Source: Chiloscyllium plagiosum | Lineage: Eukaryota | Reading direction: 5' to 3' | Length of the DNA stretch: 64,000 nucleotides | Assembly: GCF_004010195.1 (NCBI RefSeq) | Contig: NC_057720.1 | Location: 4,909,776 to 4,973,775, forward strand | Shown here: positions 11,392-24,262 of the stretch, in pieces | How the letters are laid out: each line of letters starts with the position of its first letter | Numbering within the stretch: position 1 is the stretch's first letter | The notes under the pieces: model-generated | Database searches by the model: none | The model's input: the letters and a program-made list of their open reading frames with translations, nothing else | Told to the model about the DNA's origin: nothing | Program-made: the position numbers and the translations under genes

Positions 11392-12779
11392 TTATAAACC
11401 AGCTGTCCTGCCAACTGAGCTAACCAACCTCCATAACTTGTGACAGTAACCCAGTCTTCCTTGCACACTAGACTATAGAGTCAGAATTTTACAGCATGGT
11501 AAGAGGCTGTTCTTCCCATCATGTCCATGTTGGTCATTAAGTGACCTATCTAATCTAACACCATTTACCAGTATAGGGCCCATAGCCTTGTATAATATAG
11601 CATATCCAAATACTAGTTAAATGGTGTCATGGTACTGTCTCCAGGGGTTAGTTAGAGTTTGAGCTGAATAGGCTGGGGCTGTTTTCCCTGGAGCGTTGGA
11701 GGCTGAGGGGTGACCTTATAGAGGTTTATAAAATTATGAGGGGCATGGATAGGGTAAATAGACAAGATCTTTTCTCTGGGGCGGTAGAGTCCAGAACTAG
11801 AGGGTGAGAGGAAAGATTTAAAAAGGACCTAATGGGCAACTTTTTCACATAGAGGGTGGTGTGTGTGTGGAATGAGCTGCCAGAGGAAGTGGTGGAGGCT
11901 GGTACAATTATAGCATTTAAAAAGCATCTGGATGGCTATATGAATAGGAAGGGTTTAGAGGGATATGGGCCAAATGCTGGCAAATGTGTACAGATTAATT
12001 TATGATATCTGGTCAGCATGGACAAGTTGGACCGAAGGTTCTGTTTCTGTGATGCACTCTATGACTCTGGGTGACAAAAAGTTTCCTTAAATTCTCTCTA
12101 AATGTCCCAAAGTTAATCTTTATAGAAGAGGGTTTCAGCACTGTGTAAACACATCCTGGATATTATGTTTGTGTACTCGATATGCTTGGTTTTTGACACA
12201 GCTATGTAGAGTAGACGGTAGTTTCTCAGTGTGCAGGAACATTACCTCCAGAGATTGGGACAATGTTTTCAAAAGCCTTCAGCTTACAACATTGGCTTGT
12301 GGTTTGGTTCCAGTTTGAATAAAATTTGGATATCCCTTCGGGTAATTCTGGGGTGTTTTGACTTGGAAAGGATTTCTCTCTCTCTCTCTCTCTGTCAGTG
12401 ACTATGACATGTCTTTTTATTCAGACCAGAGCATTGATGTGGGCATTTTGCTTTTACCAGTATTTATGCCCATGTCTAAGTTCCCAGTGCCATCCGCATA
12501 GCTGTGGGTCAGACGCAGAGCTGGAAGGGTAGACTTTCCACCTTAAAGGACAGCAGTAAGCTAGATCATTTTTTTTTTATTTTACAACAACTGATAGTAG
12601 CTCCTGTCAAGCTTGTTTTTATTGAAATCAGATTTCACCAGCCACCACAGTGGGACAGGAACTCATACCCTCACAACAATGATAGGCCTGGTGTTCTAGC
12701 TTACCAACCCAGTGACATTAACACAACATCACCATCTCTCCACTTCCAGGGAAGCACACCGTCTCTGGTACAGACTATT

Positions 12780-13512
12780 CCAGCTCTCCTCTTATAAACA
12801 TTATCATTGAAAGTTCAGACACATCACTATGTCATAGCTCTGCTGCCTGTCTGCTTACATGCCATGGTTCAGTTTGGGTGTGCTTGAGTTTGACAACAGA
12901 TACCTCACGGCATTAGAGCAGTCCCACCAACGCTCCTCGGGCACGTTCCTGTGAATCCGCTGGGAGGAAAGCAGCACCAACGCCTGCGTCTTCGACCAGG
13001 CCAACATCCCCAGCATCGAGGCACTGACCGCATTCACTCCCACCCCTCGCCGACATCAACCCCCTACCCCCCGAGTCGGCTGCGATGAACTGGGCACATT
13101 ATCCCCATGACCGACACAAGACTCCCAATCCAGGGCTCTACTCCCAGCTCCGAAACGGCAGGTGGACAGAGGAAGTGCTTCAGGGATACCCTCAAAGCTT
13201 CACTGGCAGCATTCCCACAGACACATGGGAAACAATGGCCCAAGATTACCCCAAAAGTGGAGGAGGAGCATCCGGGAAGGTATTGAGCATCTTGAGACTT
13301 GCTGTAGAGAAAACGCAGAAGCCGGGGAAAACAGAAAGGAGCACGCTGGTACACCAACATCCCACCCACCCCCTTCCCATGACCACCTCCTGCACCCAGT
13401 GTAGCAGAGCCTGCGGTAGCCCCATCAGTCTATACAGCCACCCACAGACTCGCCCTGAGAGTGGGAGAGAGTCATCCTTGTCTGTGAGGGACCGTTGGTG
13501 GTGATGATGATG
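12780..13512 (+). mobile_element. RTE-clade LINE 3' fragment
   Basis: Frameshifted IRWE...DQANIPSIEAL, DTLKASL, IPTDTWETMAQD, WRRSIREG and CxxCxRxCxSxIxLYSH zinc-finger motifs, followed by a (tga)n tail. Confidence 0.8.
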
Positions 13513-14054
13513 GTTCAATTGAGCACAGTGAGCAGGGGTCAGTTATCAGACTCACATAATCAACACCGACCAATCGAACAATTGGACACTATGGGGATGT
13601 CAATGCGACCTGCTGCTTCCACCCAGTATACACAAAATGGGCCACTCAGTGGAAGAGAACAGCAGGTCAGACAGTATCTGAGGAGCAGGAAAGTCAATGT
13701 TTCAGGCCGAAACCCTTCTCGGATGCTGGCTGACCTGCTGTGCGTTTCCAGCTTCACATCTATCAACACTGGCTTCCAGCATCGGCCCCCCTTACTGTCT
13801 CCATTGGTCACTCAGTATCTTGTCCCAAACATTAGAAAGGTAACATGTACTTCATTAACCAGTGAGGAGCAAGGCTGAATGAAATGGCTGTCTTCAACAT
13901 ACAGAGGGATCTAGGCATACAGATCCACAATTCCCTGAAAGTGGCAACACAACTGGGTAAGGTGGTCAAGAAGGCTTATGGCATGTTTGGCTTCATCAGT
14001 TAGGGCACAGAGTATAAAAATTGGCAAGTCATGTTGCAACTGTTTAGAACTTTA

Positions 14055-14396
14055 AGGAGAAAGTGGGGACTGCAGATGCTATAGATCAGAGGCGAGAGTG
14101 TGGTACTGGAAAAACACAGCAGGTCAGGCAGCATCCGAGGAGCAGGAGAATTGACGTTTTGGGCATAAACCCTTCATTAGGAATGAGGCTTGTGGGCCAA
14201 GGGGGCTGAGGGATAATCTATTGCAGTCTCAGCTACCTTCCCCCCAGCCCCACCCCTACCCCCCTCCCATTTATCTCTCAGCCCCCCGGCCCACAAGCCT
14301 CATTCCTGATGAAGGTCTTATGCCCGAAATATTGACTCTCCTGTTCCTTGGGATGCTGCCTGACCTGCTGTGCTTTTCCAGCACCACACTCTCAAC
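14055..14396. mobile_element. Short fold-back PLE terminus element nested in a CR1 LINE (about 13895-14945, +)
   Basis: Inverted terminal copies with hammerhead-like cores; 16-bp TSD actgtttagaacttta at 14039-14054 and 14397-14412. Confidence 0.85.
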
Positions 14397-15887
14397 ACTG
14401 TTTAGAACTTTAGTTTGGCCACATTTGGAATATTGTGTTCCGTTCTATAGCCACACCACCAGGAGGTGGAGGCTATAGAGAGTGTACAGAGAATGTTTAC
14501 CAGGGTGTTGCCTGGTTTGGAGGGTATTAGCTATGAGGAGAGATTGGACAAACTTGGTTTGTTTTCACTTGAGCAAGAATGAGGGGCAACCTGAGAATTT
14601 TACAAAATTATTAGAGGCGTGGATGAAGTAGAGAGTCAGAGTCTTTATCCCAGGGTAGAAATGTCAATTACTGGGGAACATAGGTTTAAGGTAAAAGGGG
14701 GAGAGTTTAAAGGAGATGTGAGAGGCAAGTTCTTTGTTTACACAGAGGGTGATAAGGGCCTGGAATGTGCTGCTGGTGGAGATGGATACCACAGCAATGT
14801 CTAAGAGGCACCTTGACAGACACACGAGTAGGCAGGGCATAGACGGATATGGAGCGGGTAGAGACAAAAGGGTTTTCTTTTAGAAAGGCGTTGTGTGTCA
14901 GAGCAGGTTCGATGGGCCGAAGGGCTGTTCCTGAGGTTCTACTGTTCTTCTTCTTCTTTCTCAAACGCAGTATTTTTGGAACAAATATCCCAGAGATAAT
15001 GAAATAACTACAATTCTTAGTTCCTAGGGTATTTCTCCCAGGTTGCTTTAGTCTTGGGGAGGAATCTTCCATTCCCGAGGTCTCCAGGGTGTTCTGAATG
15101 ATTGAAAACCCAACTGTAGATGCAGAAACTAATGGAGCAAACCCATGTTTCCAATTAAATAATCTACATGCAAAGCCCATTAAGGATAATGTGATAACAG
15201 CTGTCACCGTCACAGAGATTGTTTTTCAATTCCAATTAATTTAATTTAAATTGGTCATAAAAATCAGAAGAACTTTGGGTGCAGTAAACCAGAAACAGAA
15301 ACCAAAACTGCTGGGAAAGCTCAGTGAAATCAGAATTAATGTTTCAAGTCCAATGACCTTTCCTCTTCACAGATGCTGCCAGATCTGCTGAAGTTTTCTA
15401 GCAGCTTCTGTTTAAATTTGATCATGTTGAGACTTGGACTCATATCCTCTCAGAGGGGGATGCTGAGAAACCAGCAACATCACCATCACACTGCTCTCTT
15501 ACTCCAGCACAGCCTTTGAACTTAAGCTGCCCTTGCTCTGCCTATCAGTTTAGGGGGTGCCACTTTGAACAGAACGGTGAAGAAAGCTAAGTTTGATTCT
15601 AGAATAATTGGGTTAAAGATAAAGAAAACGAGTAATACCCTCAGTTTATGTTGAAAGAAGGTGGTGAATCTGTAAAGGGGGCTGTCGAGGCTGGGTCATT
15701 ATGTATATTCTAGGATGAGAGCGATAGATTTTAATCAGGGAGGGAATTAAGAGTCATGGGGAAAAGGTGGGAAAGTGGAGTCAAGGATAAACACACCAGC
15801 CATAATCTCATTGAATGGCAGAGCAGATCTGATGGGCTGAATGGCTGACTGTTGCATATGGTTTTGTGAAATGTTATGTCTTGTCAG

Positions 15888-16004
15888 ATTCGAACGATTG
15901 AAGAATTTGCCGTGGATATTTGTGATCACTTCTTGACTTCTTTTCGACATGTTAGACGGACAATGGTCTACATTCAGGAGGCACCTTGGAAGCGCCTGCA
16001 GAAA
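15888..16004 (+). CDS. uox: Urate oxidase coding exon 3 ([39 protein letters not shown])
   Basis: Acceptor ttgtcag|ATT, donor AAA|gtaagg; 117 nt, phase 0/0. Contains the uricase ICxHFL and PWKRL motifs. Not in the ORF track; read by hand. Confidence 0.96.
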
Positions 16005-16570
16005 GTAAGGATTTCAGGCAGCAGTTCCTGAGACATGATCACGTCTTGTTAGAATTTAATTTCACGAGTTCTCGTCACCCACGTCGACCCTGACCAAATT
16101 GCTTCCTCTCATGAACAAAACACTCCTCACTTCTTGTTTTGGAATCCTCAGCTCTCCTGATCTCGGTACCTGGCTTCAGTCCCCTACAATATCTGTGCTC
16201 CTGCACCCCCAGTGTGTCCTCAACTTTACTCAGTTCATCACTGTCTGCCAGCCGTCAAAGCTTGGAACTCCTGAATTCCCACTGCTAAATCTCTCTGCTT
16301 TTCTAATTCCCTCTTCCTCCTTTAAGGCATTTTACCAAAATCTATCCTCAACCAAAGTTATGGCCATTTTATCACTGGGCATGGCTCAGGGTTAAAGTTT
16401 GATTTTTCAGCAACTCATGGGTAGCATTTGGAATGCTTTATTACGGTGATTATATACAGGCAAGCTGCTGTTACAGCGAGTGGACAATTCTAGAGAGCAT
16501 CAAAGTTGAGCCTGAATCATTCCAACTTGAAGCCACATGAGAGGATCCTTCAGCAGGAAGTGCTGAACAT

Positions 16571-17804
16571 TGAGTGTGGTGCTGCAATAGCACAGCGGGT
16601 CAGGCAGCATTCGTGGATCAGGAGAATCGATGTTTTAGGTATAAGCCCTTCATCAGGAATGTAGGGGGGGGAAGGGCGCTGAGACAGGTGGGTCAGGTCA
16701 AAAGAACTGTGCCAAGTTGGAAGGGTTGATCTGGGATGAAGTGAGGGGAGGGGAGATTTGGAAACTGGTGAAGTCAACGTTGATGCCATGTGGTTGTAGG
16801 GTCCTGAGGCGGAAGATGAGGCGTTCTTCATCCAGGCGGCGGGTGGCTTTGGTTTGGAGGTGGAGGAGGCCCAGGATTTGTATGTCCTTGGGAGAGTGGG
16901 AGGGGGAATTGGCCAGGGGGTGGTGGGGTTGATCGGTGCGTGTGGACCAGAGATGTTCCCTGAACTACCCCGTGAGTGTGCGCTCGGCCTCCCCGATGTA
17001 CAGGAGACCACATCAAGAGCAACAGATGTGGTAAATGAGGTGGGAAGATGTGCAGGAAAATCTCTTCCGGATTTAAAATGATTGTTTAGGGCCTTGGATG
17101 GAGGTGAGGGGGGGAGGTGTGGGCGCAGATTCTGCACTTCGTGCGATGGTAGGGGAAGGTACCGGCTATGGAGGGTGGGTTGGTGGGGAGCGTGGACCTA
17201 ACAAAGGGGGTTGCAGAGGGAATGGCCTCTGCAGAACACAGATAGGGGTGGGCAGGTGGTGGGGTTTGATTGTGGGTGGCAGAAAAGGCAGAAGATGATG
17301 CAATACATCCGGAGGTTGGTGGGATGGAAGGTGAGGACTGGGGGGTTCTGTCCTTGCTGTGATTGAGGGTTGGGTTCAAGGGTGGAGGTGCAGGAAGTGG
17401 AGGAAATGTGCTGGAGGGCATTGTTGGCTACATGGGGGTAAAATTAAGGTCCTTGAAATAGGAGGCCATCTGGGATGTGCTGGAGTGGAATTATTCCTCC
17501 TGGGAGCAGATACGATGGAGTGGAGTGGAGGCCGGGGTGGAGGGGGATGCAGGAGGTGTAGTACAGGTAGCTATGGGAGTTGGTCAGTTTGAATTAGATG
17601 TCCATGTTGAATCGGTCACCAGAGACAGAAAATGGAGAGGTCCAGGAAGGGGAGGGAGGTGTCGGGGATGTTCATGTGAACTTGAGGTCGGGGGTGGGGC
17701 TTGAAGTGTAGGTGAAGTTGATGAACTGTTCAATCTCCTCGTGGGAGCACGAGGCAGTGCCAATGCAGTCATTGATGTAGCATCTGCAGTCCTCGCTTTC
17801 TCCT
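16571..17804 (-). mobile_element. Degenerate Penelope-like element fragment (RT end, GIY-YIG, terminus) with a short inverted 3' tail
   Basis: Minus-strand YINDCIG...FTYT remnant (ORF 17672-17863) and C/H-rich linker; terminus homologous to other copies; right end gcatctgcagtcctcgctttctcct. Confidence 0.8.
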
Positions 17805-19155
17805 AGCACTGACCACTGGCCAGGGGTAACAAGCTTTGCACGAGCATTAGGTGCAGAGGACAACTCTTGTAGCCTGTGTGTTCACTTTAGTTGAGGTTTA
17901 CATTTTTAACTTTGCACACAGAATGTGGACTTCAGTTGTTTTTATTGCCCGTTCCTAGTTGCCCCTTGAGAAGGTGGGGGTGAGCTGCCTTCTTGAACCA
18001 TTGCAGTCCATGTGCTGTGAGTTGACCCCCAATGCCCTTAGTGAGGGAAGTCCAGGATTCTGACCCAGCGACACTGAAGGAATGGCGATATATTTCTAAG
18101 TCAGGATGGTGAGGGAAACTTGCAGGGGGTGGTGTTCCCACGTATCTGATCCCCTTGTCCTTCTAGGTGGTAGTGACCATGGGTTTGGAAGATGTGAAGC
18201 AGCCTTGGTGAATTTCTTTCATGCCCCTTGTAGATAATGCACTCCTGCTGCCACTGTGCATTGGTGCTGGTGGGTGTGACCACTTTGGTTGTGGTATCAC
18301 TTATGTGGGCTGCTTTCTCCTGGATGGTGTCGAGTGTCTTGAGTATTGTTGGAGCTGTCCCCATCCAGGCACGTGGGGAGTATTCCATCACACTCCTGAC
18401 TTGTGCCTTGCAGATGGTGGACAGCCTTTGGAGAATCAGGAGGGGAGTTACTAGCCACAGGATTCCCAACCTCTGACACGCTCCTTATAGCTACTGTATA
18501 TAAATGGTGAGTCCAGCTCATACAGGAGCAATCCTAACTCCCTGAGTGAGTTGTGCCACACCACTCCTAGTATTTAAATTGTATTGAATAGAGTCATCGA
18601 GATGTACAGCACGGAAACAGACCCTTCGGTCCAATTCGTCAATGCCGACCAGATATCCCAACCCAATCTAGTCCCACCTGCCAGCACCCGGCCCATATCC
18701 CTCCAAACTCTTCCTATTCATATACCCATCCAACTGTCTTTTAAATGTTGCAAGTGTACCAGCCTCCACCACTTCCTTTGGCAGCTCATTCCATACACGC
18801 ACCAACCACTGGGTGAAAAAGTTGCCTCTTAGGCCCCTTTTATATCTTTCCCCTCTCACTCTAAACTTATGCCCTCCAGTTCTGGACTCCCCGATTCCAG
18901 GGAAAAGACTTTGTCTATTTATTCTATCCATCCCTTCATGATTTTATAAACTTCGATAAAGGTCATCCCTCAGCCTCCGACGCTCCAGGGAAAGCAGCCC
19001 CAGCCTATTCAACCTCACCCTATACCTCAAACCCTCCAACCCTGGGAACATCCATGTAAATCTTTTCTGAACCCTTTCAAGTTTCACAACATCTTTCCCA
19101 AAGGAAGGAGACCAGAATTGCACACAGCATTCCAACAGTGGCCTAACCAATATCC

Positions 19156-19596
19156 TGGATGTGGGGGTAAAGGTGATAGGTCAGAGAGGGGGGTGGAGCA
19201 GATAGATGGGAAGGAAGATTGACAGATGGGACAGGTCATGTGGGCAGTGCTGAGCTGGAAGGTTGGAACAGGAACAAGGTGAGGGGAGGGGAAGTGAGGA
19301 AACTGGCCTCATGACCTGTCCCACCTGTCAATCTTCCTTCCCACCTATCCACTCCAACCTCCTCTCCAACCTATCACCTTTAACCCCACCTTTATCCACT
19401 TATTGTACTCTCCCCAGCCCCACCACCCCAACCCCCACCTCATTTATCTCTCCACGCCCAAAGCTCCTAGCCTCATTCCTGATGAAGGGGTCCTGCCCAA
19501 AACATTGATTTTCCTGCTCCTCGGATGCTGCCTGTGCTTTTCCAGCAACACACTCTCAACTCTGATCTCCAGCATCTGCAGACCTCATTGTCTCCC
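19156..19596. mobile_element. Fold-back PLE terminus fragment
   Basis: G-rich and C-rich inverted arms, degraded core ctgatgaaggggtcctgcccaaaa near 19479, and the family 3' tail ccagcatctgcagacctc. Confidence 0.75.
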
Positions 19597-21035
19597 TTTA
19601 CATGAAGGTGCAAATTGTTGATTAATTTCCATTATCCTCCGGCATTTGGCCCATTGAGTCTGCTCCACCTTTCGATCGTGGCTGATATGTTTCTCAACCC
19701 CATTCTCCTGCCTTCTCCCCATAACCCTCGATCCCTTACTAATAAAGAACTTATCTCTCTCTGCCTAACATAATTCAATTATTAAACTTAAATCTGAGTT
19801 AAACAATGTTTTATTTTATTAATTAATGTGTATCAGAGGGGTATGGGCTCAAGGCAGGCAATTAGGGTGAGGCTACATATCAGCCACAATCTTATTGAAG
19901 GCCGGAACAGGCTCAAGGGGCTGAATGGCCTTTCCCTGTTTCTGTGAAACGTGTTTACAGTACACTCAATGACTTGGCTACCGTCCAGGATAGTGAGGGG
20001 GAACGAACCATAAACCAGTGAAGCTCGCCCTGAGAACAGATGTGCCTGTGGATTATATCAGCTTTGGGGGAAGGGTTTCCTTTGTAAATGAACCTTTCAG
20101 GTGCAAATCATCTCCAAACACAAACAGGATCTTTATACCCTCTGACAATCACAGCATGTCGGAGTGAGATAGACTGATCCTTGATCAATCAGGAAATCCA
20201 TGGTTATAGAACATAGAGCAGTACAGCACAGCACAGGCTCTTCGGCCCTCGATGTTGTGCTGACCTTTTATCCTATTCTAAGATCAGACTAACTGACATA
20301 CCCTTCATTTTACTCTCATCCATGTGCCTATCCAAGAGTCGCTTAAATATCCCTAATGTCTCTGACTCTACTACCATCTCTGGCAGTGCATTCCACACAC
20401 CCAGCACTCACTGTGTAAAGAACCTACCTCTGACATCCTCCCTAAACCTTCCTTCAATCACCTTAAAATTATACCCCCTCGTGATAGCCATTTCCGTCCT
20501 GGGAAAATGCCTCTAGCTATTCACTCTGTCTATGCCTTTCATCATTTTCTACATCTCTACTAAGTCACCTCTCATTCTTCTTCACTCCAATGAGAAAAGC
20601 CCTAGCTCCTGCAACCTTTCTTCATAAGACATGCTCTCCAGTCCAGGCAGCATCCTGCTAAATCTCCTCAGCACCCTCTCTAGAGCTTGCACCAACTTCC
20701 TATAATGAGGCGACCAGAACTGAACACAATATTATGCATGGTCTAACCAGCTCTATAGAGCTGCAGCATAACCTCGCGGCTCTTAAACCCAATCCCCCTG
20801 GTAATGGAAGCAAACACACCATACACCTTCCTAACAACCCTATCACCTTGGGTGGCAACACTGAGGGATCTATGGACATGGACTCTGTTCCTCCACACTG
20901 CCAAGAATCCTGTCTTTAACCCTATGTACTGCATGCAAATTCAGCCTTCCAAAGTGAATCACTTCACACTTTTCCAGGTTGAACGCCATTTGCCATTTGT
21001 CAACCCGGTTGTGCTTCCTGTCAATGTCTCATTAT

Positions 21036-21214
21036 TGGAGAAAGTGAGGTCTGCAGATGCTGGAGATCAGAGCTGGAAATGTGTTGCTGGAAAAGCGCAG
21101 CAGGTCAGGCAGCATCCAAGGAGCAGGAGAATCGACGTTTCGGGCATAAGTTCCTGAAGAAGGGCTTATGCCCGAAACGTCGATTCTCCTGTTCCAGCAA
21201 CACATTTTCAGCGC
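21036..21214. mobile_element. About 180-bp fold-back PLE mini-element nested in a minus-strand CR1 (about 20205-21500)
   Basis: Inverted arms around an intact hammerhead core; 11-bp TSD tgtctcattat at 21025-21035 and 21215-21225. Confidence 0.85.
21150..21185 (+). ncRNA. Minimal hammerhead ribozyme motif (PLE family 1), sense in uox intron 3
   Basis: CTGAAGA(21154-21160)-A-GGGC ttat GCCC-GAAA(21174-21177)-CG-TC. Stem I is weak. Confidence 0.6.
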
Positions 21215-22057
21215 TGTCTCATTATGACCTACAACAGCCCTCCACACTATCCACCACTCCACAAACCTTCCTGACATTGGCAAACTTACTAACCCACCCT
21301 TCCACTTGCTTATCCAAGTCGTTTATAAAAATCACAAAGAGCGGAGGTTTCAGAACAGATTCTTGCGGAGCACCACTGGTCACCGAGCTCCAGGCTGAAT
21401 ACTTTCCATCTACTACCACCCTCTATCTTCTACGGGCCAGCCAATTCTATACCCAGAGACAGGTTTCCCTGTATCCCGTGCCTCCTTACTTTCTGAATGA
21501 GGTGGGGTGGGAAGCGGATGTGAGGACTGTCGGATCAGCCATGCTCCTAGTGATGGCAGAGCAGGTTTGAGGGGCTGAACAGCCTCCTGTTGTTCCTATT
21601 CTTGTGGTGTTACAGATGCACACCATTTTGAGGGGAAAAGGAGGATGTCTGTTATCTGGGACACTTGGTGAGATTCTGCTGGGTGTGCTGAGTCCGATAT
21701 GGATCTAAGAGGGTTCTGCTGGTTTGAGGACAGGATAGTGGAGATGACTGGATGTTGGCCGAGTTGCTGCTTTCCCTCTCCCTCAGTTGTGCACTTGCTT
21801 GTGAAGGAGATCTGCTTGTGTGTTATTTGACTGTGCTGGGTACAGTGATACCTGGTCAAAGTCAATATTGAGGCTGCTGCTTGAATCCTTCAATATGCCC
21901 ATCTCACACTTCCTTTGGCTATCTGGACAGCCACTCTCAGCTTCAAGCTTTTCCCCCCCTCTGCCCCAGTGAAGGTTCCCTCTGGCAAATGGGCATTCTG
22001 ATGATGTAAAGTGACCACAATCCCAGAGATGCTTCTGGTGAGTAGAATCTGAGGGTT

Positions 22058-23304
22058 GGAAATGTGTTGCTGGAAAAGCGCAGCAGGTCAGGCAGCATCC
22101 AGGGAACAGGAGAATCGATGTTTCGGGCATTAGCCCTTCTTCAGGAATGAGGGAAGTTGGTCCAGCAGGCTAAGATAAAAGGTAGGGAGGAGGGACTTGG
22201 GGGAGGGGCGCCGGAAATGTGANNNNNNNNNNNNNNNNNNNNNNNNNNNNNNNNNNNNNNNNNNNNNNNNNNNNNNNNNNNNNNNNNNNNNNNNNNNNNN
22301 NNNNNNNNNNNNNNNNNNNNNNNNNNNNNNNNNNNNNNNNNNNNNNNNNNNNNNNNNNNNNNNNNNNNNNNNNNNNNNNNNNNNNNNNNNNNNNNNNNNN
22401 NNNNNNNNNNNNNNNNNNNNNNNNNNNNNNNNNNNNNNNNNNNNNNNNNNNNNNNNNNNNNNNNNNNNNNNNNNNNNNNNNNNNNNNNNNNNNNNNNNNN
22501 NNNNNNNNNNNNNNNNNNNNNNNNNNNNNNNNNNNNNNNNNNNNNNNNNNNNNNNNNNNNNNNNNNNNNNNNNNNNNNNNNNNNNNNNNNNNNNNNNNNN
22601 NNNNNNNNNNNNNNNNNNNNNNNNNNNNNNNNNNNNNNNNNNNNNNNNNNNNNNNNNNNNNNNNNNNNNNNNNNNNNNNNNNNNNNNNNNNNNNNNNNNN
22701 NNNNNNNNNNNNNNNNNNNNNNNNNNNNNNNNNNNNNNNNNNNNNNNNNNNNNNNNNNNNNNNNNNNNNNNNNNNNNNNNNNNNNNNNNNNNNNNNNNNN
22801 NNNNNNNNNNNNNNNNNNNNNNNNNNNNNNNNNNNNNNNNNNNNNNNNNNNNNNNNNNNNNNNNNNNNNNNNNNNNNNNNNNNNNNNNNNNNNNNNNNNN
22901 NNNNNNNNNNNNNNNNNNNNNNNNNNNNNNNNNNNNNNNNNNNNNNNNNNNNNNNNNNNNNNNNNNNNNNNNNNNNNNNNNNNNNNNNNNNNNNNNNNNN
23001 NNNNNNNNNNNNNNNNNNNNNNNNNNNNNNNNNNNNNNNNNNNNNNNNNNNNNNNNNNNNNNNNNNNNNNNNNNNNNNNNNNNNNNNNGGAGGGAGGAAT
23101 CTGAGACTGTCCTGGTGAATTTGAGGTCGGGGTGGAAGGTGTTGGTGAAGTGGATGAACTGTTCAACCTCCTCGTGGGAGCACGAGGCGGCGCCGATACA
23201 GTCATCGATGTAGCGGAGGAAAAGGTGGGGGGTGGGGCCAGTGTAGTTGCGGAAGATGGATTGTTCCACATATCCAGCATCTGCAGACCTCACTTTCTCC
23301 TCAA
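22058..23304 (-). mobile_element. Penelope-like element fragment containing the RT catalytic motif (largely N gap)
   Basis: FLRYIDDCIGAASCS...FHPDLKFT on the minus strand; hammerhead core on the minus strand at about 22115-22145; 14-bp TSD agaatctgagggtt at 22044-22057 and 23305-23318. Confidence 0.85.
22223..23089. other. Assembly gap (N run); others at 8798-9067, 10052-10168, 27809-28299 and 32790-33026
   Basis: N runs, all inside PLE or CR1 copies. Confidence 0.99.
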
Positions 23305-23337
23305 AGAATCTGAGGGTTACCTTGGCCCAGGAGACCT

Positions 23338-23617
23338 GCAGTGTGGAAGCAGGCCATTTGGCCCATCAAGTCCACACGCACCCTCCAAAGGACATCCCAC
23401 CTAGAACCATCCCATCTCTGACACCCTGCATTCCGTGTGGCCAATCCACCTAACCTGCACATCTTTGAACTGTGAGAGGAAGCCAGAGCACCCAGAAGAA
23501 ACGCACGCAGATACAAGGAGAACATGCAGACTCCACACAGTCACCCAAGGGTGGAATCGTACCCAGGTGCCCAGTGCTGTGAGGCAGCAGTGCCAACCAC
23601 TGAGGCACTGTGCTGCC
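23338..23617 (-). mobile_element. V-SINE (HE1-like); further minus-strand copies at about 29750-30072, 51878-52217, 59348-59680, 62330-62620 and 63105-63395
   Basis: Reverse complement of the same head, V-domain and tail. Confidence 0.85.
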
Positions 23618-23937
23618 CCAGAGATGGTGGGACCCTCACAGTAACCTCAGCCAGTATGCTGACATGAACAGAACAACTGAGAACATGGGAAGTTATTCAC
23701 TGTCTTTGAAAGAAAATCCAGTTAATCCCCCTGCTCATTCCTGCCAGTCTGTTTTCGTTTTTCAATCAGGATAACCTTCTGACTGTTATTAATGAATCAG
23801 TTTGCTTTGACCTTACAAGCAATGCTTTTCAGCACAGTGTTTCACAATGACCTTCAATTTATTCACCTGTACCTTACTGCTCTTCACATGCTGACCAGGA
23901 AAATGAAGGAATGTATCTGAATTTGTTTTTAATACAG

Positions 23938-24016
23938 GACGGTGCAGGCCATGCACACGCCTTTGTTCACACTCCTGAAGCAACACGTTTTTGTGAAGTT
24001 GAACAGATTGAGAATG
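23938..24016 (+). CDS. uox: Urate oxidase coding exon 4 (DGAGHAHAFVHTPEATRFCEVEQIEN-)
   Basis: Acceptor taatacag|GAC, donor G|gtaagc; 79 nt, phase 0/1. Contains the uricase HxHAF motif. Confidence 0.96.
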
Positions 24017-24262
24017 GTAAGCCTTTGGTTCCAGTCCTTGTTATTTTCATTGCTGAAGAAATTTCAAATCTGACTAACCTCAGGAGTGATTTAACCAGCT
24101 GGTCACTGAAGCTGTTGTAGAGCAGTAACCAACCGGGAGAAAGTGAGGACTGCAGATGCTGGAAATCAGAGCTGAAAATGTGTGGTGCTGGAAACGCACA
24201 GCTGGTCAGGCAGCTTCTGAGGAGCAGGCAAACCGATGTTTTGGGCAAAAGCCCTTCATCAG

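Noticed and set aside
22130..23293. Longest ORFs in the track (for example 387 aa at 22130-23293; also 8654-9388 and 27331-28311)
   Set aside because: They are inflated by N gaps, and the readable parts are PLE or CR1 RT fragments rather than host genes.
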